Positions 26,963 through 36,153 of a DNA stretch of 64,000 nucleotides are shown piece by piece. The stretch covers positions 5,694 through 69,693 of the forward strand of contig QJZQ01000173.1 in the NCBI GenBank assembly GCA_003246675.1. The letters run 5' to 3'. Both the position numbers and the translations under genes were made by a program. Position 1 is the stretch's first letter; each line of letters begins with the position of its first letter. This DNA comes from Nitrospirota bacterium. GTDB lineage: Bacteria; Nitrospinota; Nitrospinia; Nitrospinales; VA-1. The notes under the pieces were generated by a model. The model did no database searches, had not been told where the DNA came from, and worked only from the letters and a program-made list of their open reading frames with translations.

Positions 26963-27778
26963 ATGTCTCTCGAAGAAAAACACCTCCAACTCAAAAACCA
27001 TATCAGGGAACTCGGCAGCGTCCTCGTGGCCTTTTCCGGCGGCGTCGACAGCACCCTGGTGCTTGCCGTCGCCCGCGAAGTTTTTGCGGACGGGGTTCTC
27101 GCCGTCACCGCGCGCTCCGAAAGCCTGCCCGCGCGCGAGCTCGCCGAGGCGGCGCGGCTGGCACACGAGATCGGCGTCCCGCACGAGATTCTGGACACCC
27201 AGGAGATGGCCTCGGCCGATTACACCCGGAACCCGGTGAACCGGTGCTATCACTGCAAATCGGAACTTTACGGCAAGCTGGAACAACTGGCGCGGGAGCG
27301 CGGCCTGCGCCATATCATCAACGGCATCAACCGGGACGACCTGGGCGACCACCGCCCCGGCATCCAGGCCGCCCGCGAATACGGCGTGAGGAGCCCCCTC
27401 GTCGAGGCCGGCCTGAGCAAGCAGGATGTTCGCGCGCTGTCGCGGGAGATGGGCCTTACGGTATGGGCCAAACCGGCGATGGCCTGCCTGTCCTCGCGGG
27501 TGCCCTACGGCGAGCCGATCACTCCCGAAAAACTCGCCGCCATCGAGAGCGCCGAGGATATTTTGCTGGACCTCGGGTTCGGCGACCTGCGTGTGCGCCA
27601 CCACGGCGAAGTCGCCCGCATCGAACTGCAAAAGGAAGACATTCCGCGTTTTTTCAGCGGCCCCGCGGCGGACGACGCGCGCCGGAAAATTCAGGCCCTG
27701 GGTTTCAAATTTATCACGGTGGATATCGAAGGCTTCCGTTCGGGAAGAATGAACGAAGGGATGAGAAGCGAGGGATGA
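26963..27778 (+). CDS. LarE-like PP-loop ATP pyrophosphatase (ATP-dependent sulfur transferase family)
   Basis: 271-aa ORF with the PP-loop VAFSGGVDSTLV, the CYHCKSELYGKL motif, and a conserved C-terminal part AMACLSSRVPYGEPIT including the candidate sacrificial Cys. Confidence 0.8.
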   Translation: MSLEEKHLQLKNHIRELGSVLVAFSGGVDSTLVLAVAREVFADGVLAVTARSESLPARELAEAARLAHEIGVPHEILDTQEMASADYTRNPVNRCYHCKSELYGKLEQLARERGLRHIINGINRDDLGDHRPGIQAAREYGVRSPLVEAGLSKQDVRALSREMGLTVWAKPAMACLSSRVPYGEPITPEKLAAIESAEDILLDLGFGDLRVRHHGEVARIELQKEDIPRFFSGPAADDARRKIQALGFKFITVDIEGFRSGRMNEGMRSEG

Positions 27779-27784
27779 GGAAAT

Positions 27785-28021
27785 ATGTTCTGGAAAGTTG
27801 ATCTAAAACCTGAAATCAAACGGGGGATGAAAGACCCGGAGCGCTTTGCCAAGGGCTTGAGCAATGTCTACACCGGCCTCACCCTCGTCATGTTCGGCGT
27901 AATGGTGATGCTGATGCTGTATTTCCAGAAGCCGGAACACGTGCTCCGGCCGACCTGGATCATCCTCTTCGGCTTCGCTGTCGTGGGCCTCGGGGAATGG
28001 CAGAAATTCCGCTCCAAATAA
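27785..28021 (+). CDS. small hypothetical two-TM membrane protein
   Basis: 78-aa ORF starting 6 nt after the previous stop. It has two hydrophobic helices and no recognisable family. Confidence 0.45.
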   Translation: MFWKVDLKPEIKRGMKDPERFAKGLSNVYTGLTLVMFGVMVMLMLYFQKPEHVLRPTWIILFGFAVVGLGEWQKFRSK

Positions 28022-28074
28022 ACAGACCCCCTCCCGGCACCCCCAAAAAAACCTTACCGTTCAGCCCGCCCGCT

Positions 28075-28941
28075 TTAACGCTTCTTTTTTTCAGCGCATC
28101 CGGCGTTATCGTTTTCGAGGGCCATTTCGCCCAGCCGCTTCGACCGCAGGGTGGAAGCCTCCACCGCGTTCATCAGGGTGGTCCGCAGACCGCCCGCCTC
28201 CAGGGTGTGCAGGCCGCAGATCGTCGTCCCCGCCGGTGAGGTTACCATGTCCTTGAGCTCGCCAGGGTGCTTGCCGCTTTCCTGCGCCAGCTTCGCCGCA
28301 CCCAGCACGGTTTGCAGGGTCAGCGCGTTGGCGACGCTTCTCGACAGCCCCATTTTCACCCCCGCATCCGACAACGCTTCGAGAATCAGGAAAACGTAGG
28401 CCGGGCCGCTGCCCGAAAGCCCCGTCACCGCGTCGAGGTGGGCTTCCTCCACATCCACCGTCTTGCCGATGGCCTCGAAAACACGGTGAGCGATCTTCAT
28501 GTCGGTTTTAGACACCTGCGTCCCCGCGGCGATGGCGGTGATGGCCTGCTGAACGAGGGCGGGCGTGTTGGGCATGGTGCGAACCACGGATTTTCTCCCG
28601 CCATCGCTCAAGGTGTCCTCGATGATTTTTATCGGCACCCCGGCGGCAATGGAGATAATAAGCTTTTCCCCGGTCACCCCGTCGCGCACATCCAGGAGGA
28701 CGTCCTTGATGATCTGCGGTTTCACCGCGAGGATCACGATATCGGATTTGTCCACCAGGTCCCGGTTGCCGGCGGCGGGTTTCACCCGGTACTCGCGGTG
28801 CAGCGAATCCAGCCTCTCCGAACGCGGGTCGGAAACAAAAAGGTTTTTCGCCTCGATGAACGCCGCCGAGAGCAACCCCTTGATCATCGCCTCGGCCATG
28901 TTGCCGCCGCCGATGAACCCCAGTCTTTTGCCTTTCAGCAC
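28075..28941 (-). CDS. proC: pyrroline-5-carboxylate reductase
   Basis: GTG at 28941 is preferred because GGGAGG lies 4 nt upstream and it gives VLKGKRLGFIGGGNMAEAMIKGL. The track ATG at 28992 is the alternative. The C-terminal PGELKDMVTSPAGTTI motif is the ProC signature. Confidence 0.9.
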   Translation of the reverse strand: MLKGKRLGFIGGGNMAEAMIKGLLSAAFIEAKNLFVSDPRSERLDSLHREYRVKPAAGNRDLVDKSDIVILAVKPQIIKDVLLDVRDGVTGEKLIISIAAGVPIKIIEDTLSDGGRKSVVRTMPNTPALVQQAITAIAAGTQVSKTDMKIAHRVFEAIGKTVDVEEAHLDAVTGLSGSGPAYVFLILEALSDAGVKMGLSRSVANALTLQTVLGAAKLAQESGKHPGELKDMVTSPAGTTICGLHTLEAGGLRTTLMNAVEASTLRSKRLGEMALENDNAGCAEKKKR

Positions 28942-29006
28942 AGTGCCTCCCAACGCGCCCCTCGGCGCAGCCTCCCCGCTTCCGCGAAACAAAAGGGGGA
29001 TGTTTT

Positions 29007-29696
29007 TCAGCCGGGGCCCGGCCGCTCCCCGAAAATCGCCGTGCCCACCCGGACCAGCGTCGCGCCTTCCTCGATGGCCACTTCAAAGTCGCCCGACATG
29101 CCCATGGAAAGCTCCTTGAGAGACCCGCCGCCCACACCGTCGAACTCTTTCGCAAGCTCGCGCAGGCGGCTGAAAATGGGCCGCGAGGCTTCCGGGTCGG
29201 GATCATAAGGCGGGATCGTCATAAGACCCTCCACCCGCACCCCCGCAAGCCCGGCCGCCGCCTTCAGCGTCTCTTCAAGATCGTCCGGCCTGACACCGGA
29301 CTTCGCGGCTTCGCCCGAGACATTGACCTGAATGAGAATGGACGTCGGTTCCCGCCGCTCAAGGCCGAGCGCGCTTATCCTCTCGGCCAGATCCACGCTG
29401 TCCACCGAATGGATCAGCTCGAAACGGCCAATGATATATTTTACCTTGTTTTTCTGCAAATGGCCGATGAAATGCCAGTGAAGTCCCTGACCTGCCAGGG
29501 CGTCGATTTTTTCCAGCGCTTCCTGGACGCGGTTTTCCCCGAACAGGCGCACCCCCGCGGCCTTCGCCAGAGCGATCTGCTCCACCGGCTGGGTTTTGCT
29601 GACCACCACCAGACGCACCTCGTCCGGGTCGCGCCCTGCCCTGCTGGCAGCAGCGGCCATGCGAAGGCGAACGGCTGCCAGGTTATCGGCAATCAT
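29007..29696 (-). CDS. yggS: YggS-family pyridoxal-phosphate homeostasis protein
   Basis: 229-aa ORF with VVSKTQPVEQI (PLP lysine), GENRVQEA, WHFIGHLQKNKVKY and LSMGMSGDFEVAIEEGATLVRVGTAIFG. Confidence 0.9.
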   Translation of the reverse strand: MIADNLAAVRLRMAAAASRAGRDPDEVRLVVVSKTQPVEQIALAKAAGVRLFGENRVQEALEKIDALAGQGLHWHFIGHLQKNKVKYIIGRFELIHSVDSVDLAERISALGLERREPTSILIQVNVSGEAAKSGVRPDDLEETLKAAAGLAGVRVEGLMTIPPYDPDPEASRPIFSRLRELAKEFDGVGGGSLKELSMGMSGDFEVAIEEGATLVRVGTAIFGERPGPG

Positions 29697-29750
29697 TTAG
29701 AAAACCCCTCGGGAAATAAAGGAAGGATGAGGGCGTGAGCCTCGCCGAAC

Positions 29751-30089
29751 TCAATAAAGCGCCTGCTCGCCGCTCTCCCCGGTGCGGATGCGGATCGCAT
29801 CTTCCACCGGCAGGATGAAGATTTTGCCATCCCCCAGGTTGCCCGTGCGCACGGTGGCCAGGAGCATCTCCACGACTTCGCTCACCGCATCGTCGGCGAG
29901 AACAAGGGAGATCTCCACGCGAGGCATGAACTCGGGAACGCTCGAACCGGGGGCCGATTTCAACTGGCTCATCGGCTTGCCGATGCCCCGGACCTCGGTG
30001 ACGGAAAGACCGGGCACACCAAGCTCGAACAGTTTTTCCCTCACCGAATCGAGCTTCTCATGGCGAATATAACAGCGGATCATTTTCAT
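29751..30089 (-). CDS. P-II family signal-transduction protein with an atypical T-loop
   Basis: 112-aa ORF. The GlnB-like body is LSVTEVRGIG...GDGKIFILPVEDAIRIRTGESGEQA. The T-loop reads GKPMSQLKSAPGSSVPEF and has no Tyr at the position of GlnB Tyr51. Confidence 0.85.
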   Translation of the reverse strand: MKMIRCYIRHEKLDSVREKLFELGVPGLSVTEVRGIGKPMSQLKSAPGSSVPEFMPRVEISLVLADDAVSEVVEMLLATVRTGNLGDGKIFILPVEDAIRIRTGESGEQALY

Positions 30090-30117
30090 AGCGATAGCGG
30101 ATCATTTTCATAGCGAT
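30074..30117. repeat. perfect 22-bp tandem duplication spanning the P-II start codon
   Basis: AGCGGATCATTTTCATAGCGAT occurs at 30074-30095 and again, identical, at 30096-30117. Each copy contains the reverse complement of ATGAAAATGATCCGCT. Confidence 0.95.
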
Positions 30118-30259
30118 TGGAACAATCTAGACCAAAATTCCGGCCTTTGCAATCCAAAAATTTTATAACTGATTGATAATGCTAAGGAAGCCAAAAACTA
30201 AAAAATACCGGCACCGTTTTTTCAAATAAAGCTCATAAGGCTTCTCAACCCGTAATGCG

Positions 30260-30295
30260 AAAAACCCCGCAGCCTTCCTGGCCACGGGGTCTTTT
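30260..30295 (-). terminator. rho-independent (potentially bidirectional) terminator after the response-regulator gene
   Basis: Stem ACCCCG..GCC-TTCCT-GGC..CGGGGT (30264-30290). It is flanked by A5 on the left (T5 on the minus strand) and CTTTTG on the right. It lies 47 nt downstream of the stop at 30337. Confidence 0.6.
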
Positions 30296-30336
30296 GCCTT
30301 TCCCGGGCTCCCACAAGCGGCAGCCCCCCGGTAGAC

Positions 30337-30732
30337 TCAGAAGTTCGTTTCCTTGCCTCTCCGGACCATTTCAGACACCGTACCAAGCAGCTTCTCCTTC
30401 TTCACCGGCTTCACCAGGTAGTCCTTGACGCCCTGCTTCATCAGATGGGTAGCCATCTCGGTATCGGGGTATCCCGTCACGACAACCACGGGGATTCCCG
30501 GCGCCTCCTTCCGCAGAAAGTCGATGCATTCGATGCCGTTCACCTTGGGCATCCGGATATCGCACAGGATCACCCCGACGTTGACCATATTGTCCTCGCT
30601 ACGCAGGGTCTTTATCGCATCCTCACCATTCACCGCTTCAAGGATATTATATCCGGCGCCCTCCAGGTGCAGCCGGATCACATCGCGTACGTCTTCTTCA
30701 TCGTCGATCACCAGAATTTTTCCTTTAGCCAT
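30337..30732 (-). CDS. single-domain (CheY-like) response regulator
   Basis: The start is set at ATG 30732 (MAKGKILVIDDEEDV) with GGAGGA upstream. Receiver motifs: DD, phospho-acceptor ILCDIRMP, VVVVTGY, and K in DYLVKP. There is no output domain. Confidence 0.9.
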   Translation of the reverse strand: MAKGKILVIDDEEDVRDVIRLHLEGAGYNILEAVNGEDAIKTLRSEDNMVNVGVILCDIRMPKVNGIECIDFLRKEAPGIPVVVVTGYPDTEMATHLMKQGVKDYLVKPVKKEKLLGTVSEMVRRGKETNF

Positions 30733-31093
30733 AACATTCCTCCTTCGGGTTTGCGGGGCTTTCCATATTAAAAGCTCACGAACCACAATCATCCGAACGG
30801 CTTTCTCTCATCCCATGCCATTCGGTCGATTCATCTGAATTAGGGCAGGCCCATGCTCCGGCTCCCCGTCCGGGCTGGCGCAATCCCTCGAAAATGTACG
30901 GGCTTGCCAAAACAGCTTTTTAGGACCATATTACGGCCAATGCTCTGTTAAACCTTTAGCGCAGGATGTTTCCCGGAATTTATGGCTCGCATGCCTGACT
31001 GTCAAGGACCCCACCAGAATGAGCGGGGGTTCCGGACAAGATCCAGGCCTGAGTTTTTCCAGCCAACCACCCTTTTCTCGATATGAGTCATAG

Positions 31094-33517
31094 ATGACTG
31101 GCCCGAACGAACCAGAAAATATCCCGCCGCCCCCGCGCATGGGGCTAAAAAACAAACTCATCCGCACCATGATCGTGGTGGGCACTCTTCCCCTCCTTCT
31201 GGCCATGGTGATATCCTACGTGCAGGGAAACAAATCGGTGCAGGAGGTGATCGGCGCCAGCTTCAAGGCGCTGGCATTCGAAACAGCGACAAAAACCGAC
31301 TTCATCCTGAAGGAGGAAATCTCAAAAAATATTCACAGAGCAAGCCACCCCACCCTCATTCTCACCGCCCGCAGTCAGAACCAGATCGTGGGAAATATCG
31401 CGGCCCCGGAAATTAAGGACTATTTTGCGGAAAAAATCGCAGCGTGGAAGCAAGGCGATGAGGCCATCCACCCGATCCTCAACAACGCCGGCAGCCGGGT
31501 TCTGAAAAGTTTATTAAGGGACAACAGCATCTCCTCGCGGGCCACACGCGCCATGTACATCACCGATACGCGGGGCGCCCTCGTTTCCAGCATCAACTTT
31601 TATCCCGATTTCCTGAACGCCGACGACCCCGCTCACAAAAGGGTGATGGCCGAGGGAGAAAGTTTCGTTTATCTGAGCGATATCTACAAAGACGCCGAGC
31701 AGGGTGAATACGTGTTTCACCTTGCCGTTCCCATCAAGAATTTCGAAAAAAACATCTTCGGCATATTCCACCGCATTTACTCGGCGAAAGATTTTTTTTC
31801 TCCGTCCATCGAGCCGATCATTTTCGGAGAAACCGGTCACGTGATGATGATCAACTCCGACGGTGTGGTGATCGACTGCCCTATCCTGCCTACGGGAACC
31901 CATCTGGATGACGCCGAACTGGTGCGCAGCGTCACCGGGCCGGAGGCCCATTGGGCGCAAACTCATGGCGATGGCCACGGCAGCAGCGATGTTTCCATCA
32001 TCGGCTTCGCGCCTCTTCTGGAAACCAACGCGTATATCAACCCCTCCAGCGGAAAAAAATGGTTCACCTTCGCCTGGCAGTCGTCCCATGAGCTATTCGC
32101 GCCCACCCGCAAACTCTTCCAGTGGATTTCCGCGGCGGCGCTCATCTCCATCCTGCTCATCGTATTCATGGGGTCCCTGGCGTCGAACCGGATCGTCCAA
32201 CCCATCCGCCATTTGCAGGACACCACGGCGCGCATCGGCCGGGGCGAGCAAGTCGAACCTCTCAACATCCGCACGGGCGACGAGATCGAATCCCTGGCCA
32301 ACGAGGTCAACACCATGAACCGGCTGCTCGCGGAAGCCTTCTCCGGCCTGGAAGCCGAGGTGCAAAAAAAGACCACGGCCCTCCGCTACCTTCAGGAGTA
32401 CACGGAGAGCATCCTGATGAGCGTGCCGGACGTGCTTTTAATATTCAACGAGAGCCTGAAACTCGAGTACGTCAACCAGGCCTTCGAAAAAATTGGCGGC
32501 GTGACAGGAAAGGATGTAACCGGCAAGTCGCTTGAAGATTTGCCCGCTGAATTTCAGGAGCAATGGAAGTTTCTGGGCGAGGAGCTGCGAAGGTTTTCCC
32601 AGGGCATCGTGTCCCTCGCCTCGCCCTCGCCGGCGTCGGCCAACGAACCGCGCGACCCGCTGGCGCCGAAGGTACCCGGTGCGAGCGGCGAAAAACGCAA
32701 CGTCATCACCTTGGGGAACCGTGTGTTCGTCTATCAGTTTTTCAAAGTGGATGTCAAAACCGACGGCAAGCGCCCCATCGGGTTGCTCATGCGTGATATC
32801 TCCGAGGAAAAGGCCCTGCAGGATCAACTGGCCATGGCCGAGAAACTCTCGGGCCTCGGCACGCTGGCGGCGGGCATCGCCCACGAAATGAACAACCCGC
32901 TGTATTCGATCATGGGGTACACCGAGGCCATTCTCGATGAAAAAGACTCGGGGAAAATCCAGACCTTCGCGGGAAAAATTCTCTCCCGCGCCCGGCACAT
33001 GGCCTCGGTGATCCTCAACATGTCGGGCTACGCCCGCTCCAAGACCACCGACGAAACGCAGGACGTGAACCTGAACGAGCGCCTCGACGCCGCCATCGAG
33101 ATGGCGCTCATGGCCTCCTATTCGGACAACGTTGATCTGGTCAAGAACTACTCACCGCTGCCTCTCATCAAGGCCAAGCCGGAGGAGATCCAGCAGATAT
33201 TCCTCAATATCATCCGCAACGGCGTGCAGGCGATGGAAGGAAAAGGCCAACTCACCATTGCCTCTTCCCGGGTCGATGGCAACATCGTAACCCGGATCAG
33301 CGATACGGGGCCGGGAATTCCCAAGGAATACCTCTCCAAGGTTTTCGACCCGTTTTTCACCACCAAGGAGCAGGGCAAGGGAACGGGCCTGGGGCTCAAC
33401 ATCGTTCACCGGCTGGTAGAAAAGTACGGCGGCCAGATCGAGGTCACCTCGCAATTGAACGTGGGCACCACGTTCACCATTACCTTTCCGGTTTCGCCAC
33501 CCGAGGAGCCCCATTAG
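31094..33517 (+). CDS. sensor histidine kinase (TM - Cache-like periplasmic domain - HAMP - PAS - HisKA - HATPase)
   Basis: 807-aa ORF; ATG 31139 is an alternative start. Two TM segments flank a Cache-like region (GETGHVMMINSDGVVIDCP). HAMP: IVQPIRHLQDTTARIGRGE...IESLANEVNTM. H-box GIAHEMNNPL. N/G boxes NIIRNGVQA, DTGPGI, GKGTGLGL. Confidence 0.85.
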   Translation: MTGPNEPENIPPPPRMGLKNKLIRTMIVVGTLPLLLAMVISYVQGNKSVQEVIGASFKALAFETATKTDFILKEEISKNIHRASHPTLILTARSQNQIVGNIAAPEIKDYFAEKIAAWKQGDEAIHPILNNAGSRVLKSLLRDNSISSRATRAMYITDTRGALVSSINFYPDFLNADDPAHKRVMAEGESFVYLSDIYKDAEQGEYVFHLAVPIKNFEKNIFGIFHRIYSAKDFFSPSIEPIIFGETGHVMMINSDGVVIDCPILPTGTHLDDAELVRSVTGPEAHWAQTHGDGHGSSDVSIIGFAPLLETNAYINPSSGKKWFTFAWQSSHELFAPTRKLFQWISAAALISILLIVFMGSLASNRIVQPIRHLQDTTARIGRGEQVEPLNIRTGDEIESLANEVNTMNRLLAEAFSGLEAEVQKKTTALRYLQEYTESILMSVPDVLLIFNESLKLEYVNQAFEKIGGVTGKDVTGKSLEDLPAEFQEQWKFLGEELRRFSQGIVSLASPSPASANEPRDPLAPKVPGASGEKRNVITLGNRVFVYQFFKVDVKTDGKRPIGLLMRDISEEKALQDQLAMAEKLSGLGTLAAGIAHEMNNPLYSIMGYTEAILDEKDSGKIQTFAGKILSRARHMASVILNMSGYARSKTTDETQDVNLNERLDAAIEMALMASYSDNVDLVKNYSPLPLIKAKPEEIQQIFLNIIRNGVQAMEGKGQLTIASSRVDGNIVTRISDTGPGIPKEYLSKVFDPFFTTKEQGKGTGLGLNIVHRLVEKYGGQIEVTSQLNVGTTFTITFPVSPPEEPH

Positions 33518-33537
33518 ACGAAAGGAGCAGCAGGCTC

Positions 33538-35184
33538 ATGGAAGAATTCGACCTGTTCAAAAGCGACAAGCTGTCCCGGGCGGTGGAATCCCTCGCCGAA
33601 GCGGTTCTCATCACCGACCCCGGAGGAGTGATCACCTACGTGAATCCGGCGTTCGAGGAGATCACCGGCTACAGCAAGCAGGAGGCGCTGGGGCAGAATC
33701 CGCGCATCCTGAAAAGCGGCCACAACCCGCCGGAATTCTACAAGGCCATGTGGGACGTCCTGCTCCAGGGGCAGGTGTGGCGGGGGCAGACGATCAACAA
33801 GAGAAAAGACGGCACCACCTACCGGGCCGAACTGACCATTTCCCCCATCTGGAGCGAGTCCCAGCGCATCCTGAGCTACGTGGCGGTGCAGCGCGAGGTC
33901 TCCGGGGAATTGGAGCTGGAAAAGAAAGCCCGCCTCGTGCAGGAGGAGTACAAAGTCCTCCACCGCGTGGCCCAGGCACTCCACAAAGGCGGCGGCATGC
34001 GCGAGATGCTGACCGGGGCGCTGGAAAGCATCGTGGCGTTCCAGGAACTTGAGGTCGAGGTCAAGGCGGGCATTTTCCTGGCCGACGAAAAGGAAAAACG
34101 CCTGCGGCTCCTCACCACCCTCGGGAACTTTTCAGACGTATTCATGGAGACGGAGCAAGAAGTTCCCTACGGCGATTGCCTGTGCGGGAAAGCGGCCGAG
34201 TCGGGCGAAATGCTGGTCAGCAACAGTTGCTTCACCGACCCCCGGCACAACCGCCTGTTCGACGACATGACGCCGCACGGCCACTACATCGTCCCACTCA
34301 AGAGCCGGGGCCGGCTGGTGGGGGTGATGTTTCTCTACACCGATGAAAACCCGCCCTGGTACGAGCGCAGCCAGGAGGTTCTTCTGTCCATCGGCGGCCT
34401 CATCGCCGACGCCATCGAGCACCGCCACGCCGAAGAACAGACCGAGAAGCAGAACCTGGCCCTCGCCCAGGCCAACGAAAAGCTGCGGGAATTGAACGAG
34501 CAGAAAAACGAATTTCTCGGCATCGCCTCGCACGACCTCCGCAACCCCCTGTACGTCATCCGCTCCTACAGCGAAGCCCTGCTGGGCGAATCCCGGGAGG
34601 CGGGCAACGAGACGCAGCGGAAACTGCTACGCAAGATCATGGAGGCGGGGAAATACATGACCGCCCTGCTCGACAACCTCCTCGACATCTCAAAAATCGA
34701 GAGCGGTAAATGCGACTTAAACCCGGAAAAACAGGACTTCAATGAACTGGCGCGCAACCAGGTGGACTTTCACCAGCTCCTGGCCAGCAAAAAAAACATC
34801 CGCGTCCTGTTCAGCGAAGGCGAGCTGCCAGAGTTTTCCTTCGACAAGAACAGCCTGACTCAAGTGATGGGAAACCTCATCAGCAACGCCATCAAGTTTT
34901 CTCCCCCCGGCAGCGCCATCACCATCACCACCGGGAAGGAGGGGTCGAACGCCCGCTTTTCGGTCCGCGACGAAGGCCCGGGAATTTCCGTGGAAGACCA
35001 GAAGCAGCTGTTCGGCACGTTCAAGAAATTGAGCGCCAAGCCCACCGGGGGAGAAAAGTCCACCGGCCTCGGCCTCGCCATCGCGAAAAAGATCATCCAC
35101 CTTCACGGGGGGGACATCGGCGCCAAGAGCGCGCCGGGCCAGGGAAGTACCTTCTATTTCACCCTGCCGTTGAACCCGGCCTGA
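33538..35184 (+). CDS. cytoplasmic PAS-GAF sensor histidine kinase
   Basis: 548-aa ORF. PAS: ITYVNPAFEEITGYSKQEALGQNPRILKSG. A GAF-like middle region follows. H-box GIASHDLRNPL. HATPase motifs NLISNAIKFSPPG, DEGPGI, GGEKSTGLGLAIAK. Confidence 0.85.
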   Translation: MEEFDLFKSDKLSRAVESLAEAVLITDPGGVITYVNPAFEEITGYSKQEALGQNPRILKSGHNPPEFYKAMWDVLLQGQVWRGQTINKRKDGTTYRAELTISPIWSESQRILSYVAVQREVSGELELEKKARLVQEEYKVLHRVAQALHKGGGMREMLTGALESIVAFQELEVEVKAGIFLADEKEKRLRLLTTLGNFSDVFMETEQEVPYGDCLCGKAAESGEMLVSNSCFTDPRHNRLFDDMTPHGHYIVPLKSRGRLVGVMFLYTDENPPWYERSQEVLLSIGGLIADAIEHRHAEEQTEKQNLALAQANEKLRELNEQKNEFLGIASHDLRNPLYVIRSYSEALLGESREAGNETQRKLLRKIMEAGKYMTALLDNLLDISKIESGKCDLNPEKQDFNELARNQVDFHQLLASKKNIRVLFSEGELPEFSFDKNSLTQVMGNLISNAIKFSPPGSAITITTGKEGSNARFSVRDEGPGISVEDQKQLFGTFKKLSAKPTGGEKSTGLGLAIAKKIIHLHGGDIGAKSAPGQGSTFYFTLPLNPA

Positions 35185-35206
35185 CGGGAGGGACGGGAGG
35201 CACGGC

Positions 35207-35965
35207 CTACTTTTTTGCGACCGGCGTGAGCAGCTTGCGCCAGTGCTGCTTTTCCCACCGGCGCGCCGCCTCGAAATGCCGGTACTCTCTTTCCTTCTGC
35301 TTGAACCCCGGATGGTGCGGCCGCCAGGCGCCGTTTTTACGGATCGCCGGCACCCACTGGTGGCACATCTCGTGATAAACCGTGAGTTCCACCACCACGC
35401 GCGGAACGAAATCCTGCTTGAGCCGGGGATGCACGCGGATCAGCTTCTTCTCGCCATCATACGAACCGAAGCGAAAGCCGCTGCGGTTGCGGGTGCCTGA
35501 ATCGCGCCCCCACATCACCCGGGCCGATACCCGGTTACCGAAATATTCTTCATTGAGCCGCGCATAAATTTCCTCAAGGTCCAATACCCCCTCGCCGGTT
35601 GCGGGCGGAACCTCGGCTAAAGCAGGCGCGCCACCGCGTCCCAGGCTTTGCGCCGCCTGCTGCCACGGTTCGGGAACCGCGCTCTCACCGGCAAGCAGAG
35701 CGAGGAGTTTTTTCTCAAGCGATGCCCTCACCTCGTCCGGGCTTTTTGCAAAGTGCGAATAGTAATTGTCGTTGAAAATTTCCAGACGCAGTTCCGGCAG
35801 GAGGGAACAAAGCGTGACCTGCCCCAGGTAATCGAACCCGCTTTTCCTGCTCTTGAAAATCAGCGTCCACAGATGCGGTTGGCCGGAAACCGGGCTCCCC
35901 CGCGACAGGGAAAGCGTCCCCAGGCGAAGCGGCGGATTCGCCTCCTGTGTCTTCTCATTGTTCAT
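35207..35965 (-). CDS. SprT-like zinc metallopeptidase-domain protein
   Basis: The start is set at ATG 35965 (MNNEKTQE) with a GAGGGA upstream. The C-terminal region has an HExxH-type motif in LTVYHEMCHQWVP, preceded by EEYFGNRVSARVMWG, as in SprT-like domains. The N-terminal half is unassigned. Confidence 0.6.
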   Translation of the reverse strand: MNNEKTQEANPPLRLGTLSLSRGSPVSGQPHLWTLIFKSRKSGFDYLGQVTLCSLLPELRLEIFNDNYYSHFAKSPDEVRASLEKKLLALLAGESAVPEPWQQAAQSLGRGGAPALAEVPPATGEGVLDLEEIYARLNEEYFGNRVSARVMWGRDSGTRNRSGFRFGSYDGEKKLIRVHPRLKQDFVPRVVVELTVYHEMCHQWVPAIRKNGAWRPHHPGFKQKEREYRHFEAARRWEKQHWRKLLTPVAKK

Positions 35966-36153
35966 GATTTTCCCTCGCCTCAAACCCTTTCGCCCTCTTC
36001 ACCCGTCCGCTAAAACATACTATGGTTCGCCGGGGCCTGTCCATCGGAACCGGCCGGCAAGGCCCAACGCCGCTTGCGCAGCAAGGGCTTCCGCCTTGCC
36101 GGCAGGGGGGAAGCGCCTTTACTTTAGTTGTGAATTCATTTAATGTTGAAAGC

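Noticed and set aside
30210-30224. GGCAC-N5-TTTCA, resembling a sigma-54 -24/-12 element, between the P-II and response-regulator genes.
   Set aside because: The -12 GC is missing (TC instead). The element is on the plus strand, where no gene follows; both flanking genes are on the minus strand.
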